Assembly (NCBI GenBank): GCA_964486995.1
Contig: CAZAOV010000001.1
Location: 95,168-159,167 of the forward strand
Length of the DNA: 64,000 nt
Direction: 5' to 3'
Source of the DNA: an uncultured Gammaproteobacteria bacterium
Lineage (GTDB): Bacteria > Patescibacteriota > Patescibacteriia > SG8-24
Part shown: piece by piece, positions 49,171 through 57,618 of the stretch
Position numbering within the stretch: the stretch's first letter is position 1
Layout: every line of letters begins with the position of its first letter
The notes under the pieces: generated by a model
Database searches by the model: none
Told to the model about the DNA's origin: nothing
Seen by the model: only the letters and a program-made list of their open reading frames with translations
Position numbers and translations under genes: made by a program

Positions 49171-49520
49171 TATTCGTCTTCGGACCCCTCCCCTGCTTCC
49201 TGTTGCTTTAGACCAAACTCGCGCACCAACATCGTGATTTCGCGTTCTATTTTTTCGAGCTTAAGAAAAATGCGAAAAACCAGATAAAACAGCACGATAA
49301 CCGAAACATAGATAGCCGCATCCACGCCGCGCCCCACCCCAACCAGCGAAGCGAACCAGCTCGTTGCTTGCGGCAAAGCCACAGCCACCACGACCACTAG
49401 CCAGAACACCAACCATAGCGCCAGGGCTCCACCGCTAAATGCGCCGTCTCGAAACCGAGAAAAAGTTCGCCACATGGCAAACGCCGCAAACGCGATGATG
49501 ATTATCTGAATCAGTAACAT
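49170..49520 (-). CDS. Small 3-4-TM membrane protein (DUF2304-like companion of GT2 genes).
   Basis: Hydrophobic ORF in the typical position between two GT2 genes. Overlaps its neighbour by 1 nt. Confidence 0.45.
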   Translation of the reverse strand: MLLIQIIIIAFAAFAMWRTFSRFRDGAFSGGALALWLVFWLVVVVAVALPQATSWFASLVGVGRGVDAAIYVSVIVLFYLVFRIFLKLEKIEREITMLVREFGLKQQEAGEGSEDE

Positions 49521-49528
49521 ACCATCTA

Positions 49529-50197
49529 CTATCTCATTACTCGATGAAGAAACAGTTTCCAGGCTGTCTTCAGTCCTTCGTAAAATCCCTGCCCCTTAGA
49601 CAACGAGTATGCCGAGTAGTCCGGTCGAATCAGTACCTCTTCCAACATCAAATCATTGCGGTTAATTTCACCGATAATCTCTGACGAAACTTCCATTCGA
49701 TTTGACCGCAAGTCTAGCTGTAGCGCCGCACCGCGCGTAAAGCCGCGTAATCCGGACTGACTGTCGTTGACCCATTTACCAAACAGCAAAAACGTTTGCA
49801 GATTCGCGAGCCAGTTCGCCAGACGTCGCGTTTTCGGCATCAAATGACGGTCAAGATATCTGGTGCCGATGGTCACTTCAGCACTGCCCCGCCTCAGCGG
49901 CTCAACCATCCGCGCTATATCCTCCGCCCGATGCTGGTCGTCTGCATCAAAAGTCACAATGAAATCCGCGCCCGAACGTAACGCCGCCAACAAACCGGTA
50001 CCAATTGCGGCACCCAGCCCACGATTAATTACATGCGTCACGACCCTGACTCCAGCGGCCACCGCCAACTCGCCAGTCCGGTCGGTTGAACCGTCATTGA
50101 CCACTATAATTTCATCAACCAAACCCGAAAGTGAGCGGAGAACTCCGCTCACCGTGCTTTCTTCGTTGTAGGCCGGTACGACGGCGACTACTTTCAT
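49529..50197 (-). CDS. Glycosyltransferase family 2 (polyprenyl-phosphate sugar synthase type, DPM1/GtrB-like). Start at the internal 'MKVVAVVPAYNEE'.
   Basis: 'AVVPAYNEE...VVNDGSTDRT' and 'DADDQH' motifs. The longer ORF would overlap the UXS gene. Confidence 0.8.
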   Translation of the reverse strand: MKVVAVVPAYNEESTVSGVLRSLSGLVDEIIVVNDGSTDRTGELAVAAGVRVVTHVINRGLGAAIGTGLLAALRSGADFIVTFDADDQHRAEDIARMVEPLRRGSAEVTIGTRYLDRHLMPKTRRLANWLANLQTFLLFGKWVNDSQSGLRGFTRGAALQLDLRSNRMEVSSEIIGEINRNDLMLEEVLIRPDYSAYSLSKGQGFYEGLKTAWKLFLHRVMR

Positions 50198-50270
50198 ATG
50201 GCATTTGGGTAATAAGGAGGTAAAACTTACGTTGACGGAAAATTCCCTGTTGCTTTGCCGCCTCGCTCCT

Positions 50271-51290
50271 CTAGTCAAATGATGGGCGTAAAATATCCTT
50301 ATGCGCCACGGTATATTCAACGGTCTTCTTTAATCCCTGCTCCAAAGTCACTAACGGAATCCAACCAGTTTCCTTAATCTTGCTCAGATCGGGCAGACCC
50401 AAATCTCGCATGAACGGCAATCGGTCGCGAAATACAATCTGCGATTTGGAGCCGGTCATTTCGAGAATCTTACTAGCTACATCAACCAGCTTAATATCAT
50501 AGTCGCTGCCCATATTCATCGGTCCCGGATCCTCCGGTAGTTCCATCAGACGTATTATTGCATCCACCACATCCGTGACGAAAATCAACGAAGAACGGAA
50601 ATTATCATCACCGTATATCACCAGCTCGCGGCCATCTATCGCATCGAGCACAAAATCGGGAACCATGTGTCCATCAGCCAGCGTCTGGCGCGGTCCGTAA
50701 GTGCGAAAGATGCGTCCAATTCTGGTGTCTAGTCCGTGTGCATCACGATACGTATTGCACATGGTTTCCGCAAACCGCTTGCCTTCGTCATAGCAACCGC
50801 GCGGTGTCATGTGGTCGAAACGGCCAAACTCGTCTTCAGAAAAAAGATGCCCATCCTCTGGACGAGTGCCGTAAATTACCGAAGTGGAAGCCTGAAAAAA
50901 CTTAGCCTTATACTTCAGCGCCAAGTCCAGCACATTTCGCATACCCACTGAATTGGCCATCAGCGTATCGTGCTTATACTCATCGAACTTTTTTGGTGAA
51001 GTCGGACAGGCTAAATGATACACTTCCTGCACGCCCTGAAATTTCAGCTTGAACCTTTCCAATTCGGGATATATCTCCAAATCGAGCGGCTCAGAAATAT
51101 TAGCATTGATAAATTCAAAATCCGGATTCTTGAACAGTTGATTGATGTTAGCCTGCTGGGAAGTAATGAAATTATCGACGCAAATAACCTTGTTTTCTTT
51201 AAGCAGGCGTTCGCAAAGAAACGATCCGATGAATCCAGCACCACCGGTAACTAAGACGTTTTTCTTCTCAAATATTGGCTTGTCTTCCAT
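50271..51290 (-). CDS. UDP-glucuronate decarboxylase / UDP-xylose synthase-like SDR.
   Basis: 'VLVTGGAGFIGSFLCERLL', YxxxK, and UXS-like length. Confidence 0.75.
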   Translation of the reverse strand: MEDKPIFEKKNVLVTGGAGFIGSFLCERLLKENKVICVDNFITSQQANINQLFKNPDFEFINANISEPLDLEIYPELERFKLKFQGVQEVYHLACPTSPKKFDEYKHDTLMANSVGMRNVLDLALKYKAKFFQASTSVIYGTRPEDGHLFSEDEFGRFDHMTPRGCYDEGKRFAETMCNTYRDAHGLDTRIGRIFRTYGPRQTLADGHMVPDFVLDAIDGRELVIYGDDNFRSSLIFVTDVVDAIIRLMELPEDPGPMNMGSDYDIKLVDVASKILEMTGSKSQIVFRDRLPFMRDLGLPDLSKIKETGWIPLVTLEQGLKKTVEYTVAHKDILRPSFD

Positions 51291-51485
51291 AAATGTGGTG
51301 TCTTATTTCTAAGCGGTGGCTCAGACACGCTGAATGCTGCTATTCGCACGCATTACAGCATGTCTTCGCGTGGGTTAGGTATTGGCGTCCGTGCCAAGTT
51401 TTAGTTCGCTGACAACAATAATTTCTGTATGGGAATTATACGTCTTTAGGCTGGCAGAGGCAAGAAAAAGGCTTAAATATAAGAA

Positions 51486-51600
51486 AAAGTATAGATGTGT
51501 AGAGGTGTAGATGTTTAGGAGACCCACACACTTACGATAGACGCCTGATGCAAACGTGGAGGTCTGCCACACTTCTACACCTCTATACTTCTACACTATT
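51486..51600. repeat. ORF-less inverted pair of 3x 8-bp tandem-repeat arrays (GTATAGAT GTGTAGAG GTGTAGAT ... CTTCTACA CCTCTATA CTTCTACA) around a 58-bp spacer. It belongs to the same repeat family that brackets the 4HB gene at 58922-59406.
   Basis: Read directly. The arms are able to form a long imperfect stem. Confidence 0.6.
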
Positions 51601-52024
51601 CTCTAAATGCCCACTTCTTATAGAGCGTAAAATTCCACAAAATGACGCATCCGGTCGCAAACACCTTGGCGATGATGTCATAGACCCCCAGATTAATTAG
51701 CGTGTACATCAGCAAAGCATTCAGACCCAGGCTGGCGAAAGTCACCATCAAATATTTTGGCATGCGCCCAGCCATGCCGTCGCGTTTTTTCCGAAAAGTC
51801 CAAAAATTGTTCAGCGTAAAACTAGAAACCATACCGCAACAGTATGACACCACAGCGGCCAGCACCAGACGTTCACCCCAGAATTCAAAAATGCGTGTCA
51901 TGAAAATGTACACGCTGAAATCTACCAGGGTATTCACCGTTCCGACGATACAGAACTTAATGAGTTGGCGAGCAGTGGCATGGCGATATGCCAATACCCT
52001 CAAATTGCTGATGAACTTTACCAT
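51596..52024 (-). CDS. GtrA-family polysaccharide-synthesis membrane protein.
   Basis: 4-TM protein, 'FCIVGTVNTLVDFSVYIFM' GtrA signature. Confidence 0.7.
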   Translation of the reverse strand: MVKFISNLRVLAYRHATARQLIKFCIVGTVNTLVDFSVYIFMTRIFEFWGERLVLAAVVSYCCGMVSSFTLNNFWTFRKKRDGMAGRMPKYLMVTFASLGLNALLMYTLINLGVYDIIAKVFATGCVILWNFTLYKKWAFRE

Positions 52025-52030
52025 GACCGA

Positions 52031-54115
52031 TTAATGTATGAATCGAGCTCTGACTCCGCCACGATGATGCATTCCGTAGGCTTGAAAAGTAATCTCGGGC
52101 CGAGCAGATGAGGCGGTCACGGTTACCGCAGGTGCCTTGCCTTCTAGTGATCCCCAAACCGTGCGGTGAGGCGCGGTTGTGTTGGGAGTTTCTAGGCCAA
52201 CTCCGCTGGCGGTCATCTCCGGTACCGCACCACCATCGCCTAAATAATCTCCCTGTCCGTTGTAGACCGCGGTCGTCGGTTCTCCTTTCGGGTCATGACC
52301 CTGCACAACCAGCTCAACCGTGCCGTCACCGTCCAAGTCCTCCATCATCACCATCATTCCACGATCATAGTCGATACCGAAGGGCATAATAGTAAATAGG
52401 TGTGTGCCGTGTTTATCGAAGATACGCACTTCGGGTTTACCGCGTCCCGGTGATACGGCAATCTCTGTTTCGCCATCGTTATTGAAATCACCGGCAGCAA
52501 CGTCTGTCCCCCCGCGATAGCCTTCCTCAAAGGCGAAAAATCCGCCGAGCACCTGACCTCGCTTATCAAACACCCGAATATGCGGACCGCCACCTGGACC
52601 GGCTCCGGTTATAATTTCATCAATGCCATCGTCATCCAAATCGCTGACATCAATCTCGACCCCACCCCGGAAATCGCTATTATAGGCGAAAAATCCGCCG
52701 ATCGGTCGTGTATTTATGTCAAAAATTCTAACGTGCGGACCGCCGCCGGACAGTGCACCAGCTATAATGCTGTCACGATGAGTGCCGTCAAAGTTACCGA
52801 TAGCAAGCGAAACACCGCCCATAAACGATTCGGGGAACGCATTAAAGCTCCGAACAAACAGGCCGTATTCGGTAAAAATTCTTACTTCAGGAGCATGACC
52901 GGCGCCGGGACTAGTAACTACATAGCGACCGTAAGCTTCTTCTGGTGCCAACATTGCCGTAGCTTTCACCTGCTCTATGGGTTGCAGCTGCTGATCTTGC
53001 AGGACCTTTTTCACTGCCGCCGCGGCATCAATCCGACCACGTCCTAGACGACCAAAATAATCTTCGTTCAAAATGTCAATATTTTCCGAAGTCTCGGTTA
53101 AGATGTTCATCACCCTCTTAGGGGTTAATGCGCTATCGAGCGAAAACATCAACGACACCAGACCTGAAACCAGAGGAGCGGCCACGGAAGTCCCGCTGTA
53201 ATAACCACCATAGGCTTCAACAAAATCCATGCTCCCAGGAACAACGACCTGAGTGGAAATTATTCTTTCCCCCGGAGCGCTGATATCAATACAGGCGGCT
53301 CCGTAGTTAGAGAACTCGGCTTTCAAATCGTCTGCGTCGGTCGCCGCCACCCCGTAGACGTAATTTACGTTTGAATCGCGATCAAAACAAACCGGATAAA
53401 GCGGGTTGCGATCAAGATTATCCGCCTCGCCGTTATCCGGCGCATTGCCGGCTGCCGCCACCACAAATACGCCGCTGTCATAGGCACGACGAAGCGCATG
53501 GTTCAGCCGCGAGCTATAAGTCGAACCAACAAAGCTAAGATTAATGACTTTGGCTCCGTTATTGACTGCATAATCAACCGCACGCGCCACATCGTTTGGG
53601 TCTCCTACCCCATTTGAATCCAGCGCGCGTATCGGCATTATTGGCACTTGCCAGGCGACGCCCACGATACCAATCCGGTTATCGCCCTTAGCTGACGCCA
53701 GGCCAGCGCTAATTGTGCCGTGGTTCGCACCTAACAGTGAATAGTCACCGTAAGTATGCGGACTTGGGTCATTATCAGAATCAACGAAATCCCAGCCGAC
53801 GATGTCATCGACATATCCGTTGCCGTCGTTATCAACCCCGTCACCGGCGACCTCGTAGACGTTGCGCCAAATATTATCTTTTAAATCGGGATGATCCAAA
53901 TCAATGCCGCTGTCTATAATCGCAATCGGCACATTTTCCATGCCCAAACTGTACTGCCAAGCTTCCGGTGCTCCGATATGCGACAGATACCACTGCTGTT
54001 CAAAAAACTGGTCATCCGGAACACGCGCCGATGCAGCGCCCGGAAACCATAAATAGCTGGCCGTAAACAGCACCAGCATGATTAACATTGCTCGATTCAC
54101 TGGAGTTTGTTTCAT
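52031..54115 (-). CDS. Secreted subtilisin-like (S8) serine protease with a C-terminal FG-GAP/VCBS-like repeat domain. The signal peptide starts at 'MKQTPVNRAMLIMLVL'; the longer ORF runs to 54151.
   Basis: Asp 'AIIDSGID', His 'HGT', Ser 'GTSVAAP', then repeated 'D.D.DG..E' beta-propeller blades. Confidence 0.85.
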   Translation of the reverse strand: MKQTPVNRAMLIMLVLFTASYLWFPGAASARVPDDQFFEQQWYLSHIGAPEAWQYSLGMENVPIAIIDSGIDLDHPDLKDNIWRNVYEVAGDGVDNDGNGYVDDIVGWDFVDSDNDPSPHTYGDYSLLGANHGTISAGLASAKGDNRIGIVGVAWQVPIMPIRALDSNGVGDPNDVARAVDYAVNNGAKVINLSFVGSTYSSRLNHALRRAYDSGVFVVAAAGNAPDNGEADNLDRNPLYPVCFDRDSNVNYVYGVAATDADDLKAEFSNYGAACIDISAPGERIISTQVVVPGSMDFVEAYGGYYSGTSVAAPLVSGLVSLMFSLDSALTPKRVMNILTETSENIDILNEDYFGRLGRGRIDAAAAVKKVLQDQQLQPIEQVKATAMLAPEEAYGRYVVTSPGAGHAPEVRIFTEYGLFVRSFNAFPESFMGGVSLAIGNFDGTHRDSIIAGALSGGGPHVRIFDINTRPIGGFFAYNSDFRGGVEIDVSDLDDDGIDEIITGAGPGGGPHIRVFDKRGQVLGGFFAFEEGYRGGTDVAAGDFNNDGETEIAVSPGRGKPEVRIFDKHGTHLFTIMPFGIDYDRGMMVMMEDLDGDGTVELVVQGHDPKGEPTTAVYNGQGDYLGDGGAVPEMTASGVGLETPNTTAPHRTVWGSLEGKAPAVTVTASSARPEITFQAYGMHHRGGVRARFIH

Positions 54116-54207
54116 GGATGTAAATTCATTGCCGAGATTATACTGCCGCATTCAGTAACGAGGGTATTGTACAGAGAGAATAAAATAATGAAAAGTGCTT
54201 TTGCGAA

Positions 54208-54238
54208 TTAAAAAAAGGCGCTTGTTCGCGCCCTTTAT
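54208..54238 (-). terminator. Terminator GGCGC-ttgttc-GCGCC with a 7-nt U-run on the minus strand.
   Basis: Hairpin immediately downstream of the 73-aa ORF. Confidence 0.7.
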
Positions 54239-54247
54239 CCCCGCTGC

Positions 54248-54469
54248 TTATTTCATCTTCCGAAGCTTCTCGTGAAAATGCAGACCGATGCCTATCACGT
54301 CCTTTCGGCTTGAGCTTTTGAGTAATTCCTGCTCAATAAAGCCAAATTCTTCATCCATTGGCATCTGTCCGAACATGTCGTCAGAGGGTGGTTCGCTCCC
54401 GAATCCACCACCAAACGAACCGTCTGGCGGGCCAAACGGCCCCCCACCTTGAAAATCTGAAGGTAACAT
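54248..54469 (-). CDS. Small 73-aa Gly/Phe/Pro-rich acidic protein with its own promoter and terminator.
   Basis: ORF bracketed by a strong promoter (54495-54523) and a terminator (54208-54238). Confidence 0.45.
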   Translation of the reverse strand: MLPSDFQGGGPFGPPDGSFGGGFGSEPPSDDMFGQMPMDEEFGFIEQELLKSSSRKDVIGIGLHFHEKLRKMK

Positions 54470-54494
54470 TTTATTTTTGTTTATTTCTGTTTAT

Positions 54495-54523
54495 ATTATA
54501 GCATTTTTGGGGGCAGCTTTCAA
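54495..54523 (-). promoter_or_regulatory. Strong sigma-70-type promoter on the minus strand: TTGAAA-N17-(TGc)TATAAT.
   Basis: -35 TTGAAA (54523-54518), 17-nt spacer, extended -10 TGcTATAAT (54503-54495). Confidence 0.6.
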
Positions 54524-54657
54524 TTGCTCCGTTTAAACATGCTTGAGGCGACCACCGCACCAAAAAAACTTTCTGAGCACAAAAAATTAAAAACCCTCCC
54601 CCGCGCGGAAACGAGGAAGGGCGGCAAGAGGGCGATTAGACTTCAGTGTAAAACACG

Positions 54658-57531
54658 CTAAGAACCCTTGACATTCAGGGAGCTCTTCACATTGACCACG
54701 CCATCAGCAGCGGTTCCGGGCAGCGGTTCATATGTGCCGGACGGTATATCAGTCCAGAGAAAGTCACCGTTTGTCATCAACTCCACTTTCAGGGAGTAAT
54801 CTCTGTCTTGCGCGAATGCGGTGGTATAGAGCTCAAGCTGATAATCAAATGAAGCACCAGCCGGAATGATAATTTCTGAACCTTCGTCAATGTCATATTC
54901 GATGATTCCGTAATCGCTCGATTGTGAGTCGTAACCGGACGGCGTGGAGTCTCGGCTGCTACCGGATGCTATATAGTATCTGATGCTGACACTGCTGTCC
55001 TCACCGAACGTATCCTTGGTGCCGTTAGGATAGACGCGTTTTAGATTTACCACGCCGTCATCGTCACGCGCATCGCCGTTTCGATCCGCCCAAAGTTCCA
55101 GCGCATCATTATCGGAACCTTCCTTTCCGGCGTCTGATGGGTCTAGCATGAACGACAGTTTCCGCACCCGCACCATACCAGTTTCATCCGCCGCCAAACT
55201 GAATCTCAGCACCTGTATCTCGGAGCCGCGATAGACATCACCCGATGGGGAATACTCGGACTTGCTGGCGTACAATTTGGAATACCTGACGATGATTGCA
55301 CTAGAGCGATTCTCCTTTAGCTCAAACCCGGGCAAATTCAAATCCGTAGCCTCGAAATCATCGAGCGTAGAAACAGACGAGAACACCAACGGACCCATGA
55401 TGTTTAGATCAACACCCAACTCCTCACCATATACAACGCCGCCAATCTTGGGATAGATATCACCGTATAGACGCACCGAAGTTTCTGTATCCCGGGGCAG
55501 CCAGGCCGCCAAGCCGGAAAAGGTCGCCAGACCGCCGAGCATTTCCCCGTCCACAGACACAACCTCTCCAGCCTGATTATCATATTCAAGTCGCAAGTTA
55601 CCCAAAGAATCAGCAGTTGAACTCGACTGCCTGAAGGTGATTATTTTGAGCAGGTAATCATCAAACTGCGGCTCGAATTTAATGTCGCCGAGATGCACCT
55701 CTTGCCCGGCAATTTGGTTGCCGCTATCTCCATACCAACCTAAATCCATCTCGCCTTTTTCTCGAATGGTGAGACGGCCGATGGCGTTCACACCATGATT
55801 GGGATTCTTGCCGCTAGCCGGTACTTGATCGCCCGTCTCATCAGTAACTATGACGTTTAGTGCGGCATCTTCAATATCGAAAGCAACCATATTTGGACTG
55901 CCTTCTAGATTAAGGCTGTGGCTGATATCGCCGTGCACGATGACTTGCTGTGAACCACCGGCCGGAATATACAAATTCATTCCGGTGAACGTGACCACGC
56001 CGTTTACGTCTATAGTTTCCGGACCGGCGATCGTGCTTCCATCAGGATTACGCAGAGTCACCTGATCTGACACGAAAGTTTCGCGCACCAGAGTTTCGGT
56101 GCCGTTGTCCGCGTCGCTACCGGGCAGAAAGCCGCCGGAATCGCCCTCATCGATATAACCCTGCATCGTCATCGATTGAACGACGTTTGGCGCCGATGTC
56201 GTGGCATGAAGGGTGAAGTCGGTTATCGGAACATTGAGCGCACCCTTGACGTAAGTCTGGTTGCTGTATGCGGCTGTGGCATCCACCTCTAGGCTGTCGG
56301 CCAGCGTGGTAAGCGCTGGGCCAATTATGTCGGAGGCGGGCAGGAACGGTGTTAGCTGTCCCTGATCATCGATGAATTGAATGCCGGAATTGAGTAGCTT
56401 GACCTGATATCCTTCCGAATCCGGCAGCAGATGGTTCAGTCGCGCCTTTAGAAACAGCACCACATCTTCGCCGGCCGGAATCAACAAATTACCAGTATAA
56501 TTAAGTGTCTGCACTTGGTCAAGATTGACATCAAGCGCGATTTCTTGACGCCCCAGAACCTCGAAACCTGAACCATTAACGAAAGTCAGATGCGAAAAAT
56601 TCTTCTGAGCGTTATTGCCGTAGACTAATCCACCTGCATCATCGTCAACTTCACCCTCGTCGCGGGAGTCGTCTGTGGTCGCCTGAAGCACCGCGGTAAG
56701 ACGAGTCAGTCGAACATCTCGCCCGGCAGTTATATGCAGCTCCAGCAAAGTGGCGTTACTGGCCACGGCGATGAACGTTGACGGCGGCGTCTGAACTCGC
56801 AGCTGCGGCGGCACAGCAACCGAAACCACATTGCGCTCAGCCGTATCGGTTATCGCAGCTTCGGGTGCGGTAATTGATTCGGCTTCCGGATAGGTAGATA
56901 AATCCAGTTCGGTTGTCACCAGATGCTGTTCCTGAATTCTCAATTGATCCAATAGGTCTTCGGTGGAAATTCTGCGTTTGGTGCCATTGTCTATGTAAAA
57001 AAATGCGTCGTCGCTAGAGCGCCGCACTACGGTGCCAGTAGGCCAAACCGGCGCCGCTAACGGCGAACCGATCGAATAATTTATGAAATAAGTATCCGGA
57101 ACGTCATCAATAATTTGATTCCAGCTCTCGCCGTATAAATCATTGGCAATTGATTCACTGCCGATTGCGCGCAGCACTCCACCGGGCTCCACTGCATACA
57201 CGGTCGGATCAGAAGTTATTTTTATTAGGCGAGTGCCGGGGCGGTATGTGATATTACCGCCGATCATGTGTGCCGCCATTTCGGCTTCGCTCACCTCGCG
57301 CACGCCAGAAAAATCTTCGTACCATGTGTGATAAACCTTTGAGGACGGAAACACGTAACGCTTGCCGTCATCGGCAACATAATAGACTGCGGCATCGTGC
57401 TGAGTGTCGGGATTATTGTCGCTGACCAGCTTGATTAAGTCACCCGGAACCGTGGCGGCAAAAACGTCATCCGGCGAAGACACGAAGCACAACGCCAAGG
57501 CGATTGCGATAAAAATTAAGTATTTTTTCAT
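54658..57531 (-). CDS. Large secreted protein (~957 aa from 'MKKYLIFIAIALAL'; the ORF extends to 57582). The N-terminal ~125-aa conserved domain is shared with the two neighbouring paralogues, followed by a long beta-rich region.
   Basis: Signal peptide plus the domain 'DDGKRYVFP..KVYHTWY.DFSGV..V...E.A...IGGN.TYRPG.R..KI.SDP.VYAV..GG.LR...' shared with 57619-58830 and 59996-63520. Confidence 0.7.
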   Translation of the reverse strand: MKKYLIFIAIALALCFVSSPDDVFAATVPGDLIKLVSDNNPDTQHDAAVYYVADDGKRYVFPSSKVYHTWYEDFSGVREVSEAEMAAHMIGGNITYRPGTRLIKITSDPTVYAVEPGGVLRAIGSESIANDLYGESWNQIIDDVPDTYFINYSIGSPLAAPVWPTGTVVRRSSDDAFFYIDNGTKRRISTEDLLDQLRIQEQHLVTTELDLSTYPEAESITAPEAAITDTAERNVVSVAVPPQLRVQTPPSTFIAVASNATLLELHITAGRDVRLTRLTAVLQATTDDSRDEGEVDDDAGGLVYGNNAQKNFSHLTFVNGSGFEVLGRQEIALDVNLDQVQTLNYTGNLLIPAGEDVVLFLKARLNHLLPDSEGYQVKLLNSGIQFIDDQGQLTPFLPASDIIGPALTTLADSLEVDATAAYSNQTYVKGALNVPITDFTLHATTSAPNVVQSMTMQGYIDEGDSGGFLPGSDADNGTETLVRETFVSDQVTLRNPDGSTIAGPETIDVNGVVTFTGMNLYIPAGGSQQVIVHGDISHSLNLEGSPNMVAFDIEDAALNVIVTDETGDQVPASGKNPNHGVNAIGRLTIREKGEMDLGWYGDSGNQIAGQEVHLGDIKFEPQFDDYLLKIITFRQSSSTADSLGNLRLEYDNQAGEVVSVDGEMLGGLATFSGLAAWLPRDTETSVRLYGDIYPKIGGVVYGEELGVDLNIMGPLVFSSVSTLDDFEATDLNLPGFELKENRSSAIIVRYSKLYASKSEYSPSGDVYRGSEIQVLRFSLAADETGMVRVRKLSFMLDPSDAGKEGSDNDALELWADRNGDARDDDGVVNLKRVYPNGTKDTFGEDSSVSIRYYIASGSSRDSTPSGYDSQSSDYGIIEYDIDEGSEIIIPAGASFDYQLELYTTAFAQDRDYSLKVELMTNGDFLWTDIPSGTYEPLPGTAADGVVNVKSSLNVKGS

Positions 57532-57618
57532 ACAGCTGGTTTTTAATTGCCAAAGACAACGGGAGCGTCTGCCTGCCGGCATATCTGTCTTTACAAAATA
57601 TTAGAGGAATGCTCTGAC

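Noticed and set aside
50198-50320. The longer N-terminal extension of the GT2 ORF (start at 50320), overlapping the UXS gene by 50 nt.
   Set aside because: The conserved GT2 N-terminus 'MKVVAVVPAYNEE' starts at 50197. The extension is non-conserved, and an antisense overlap of that size is atypical.
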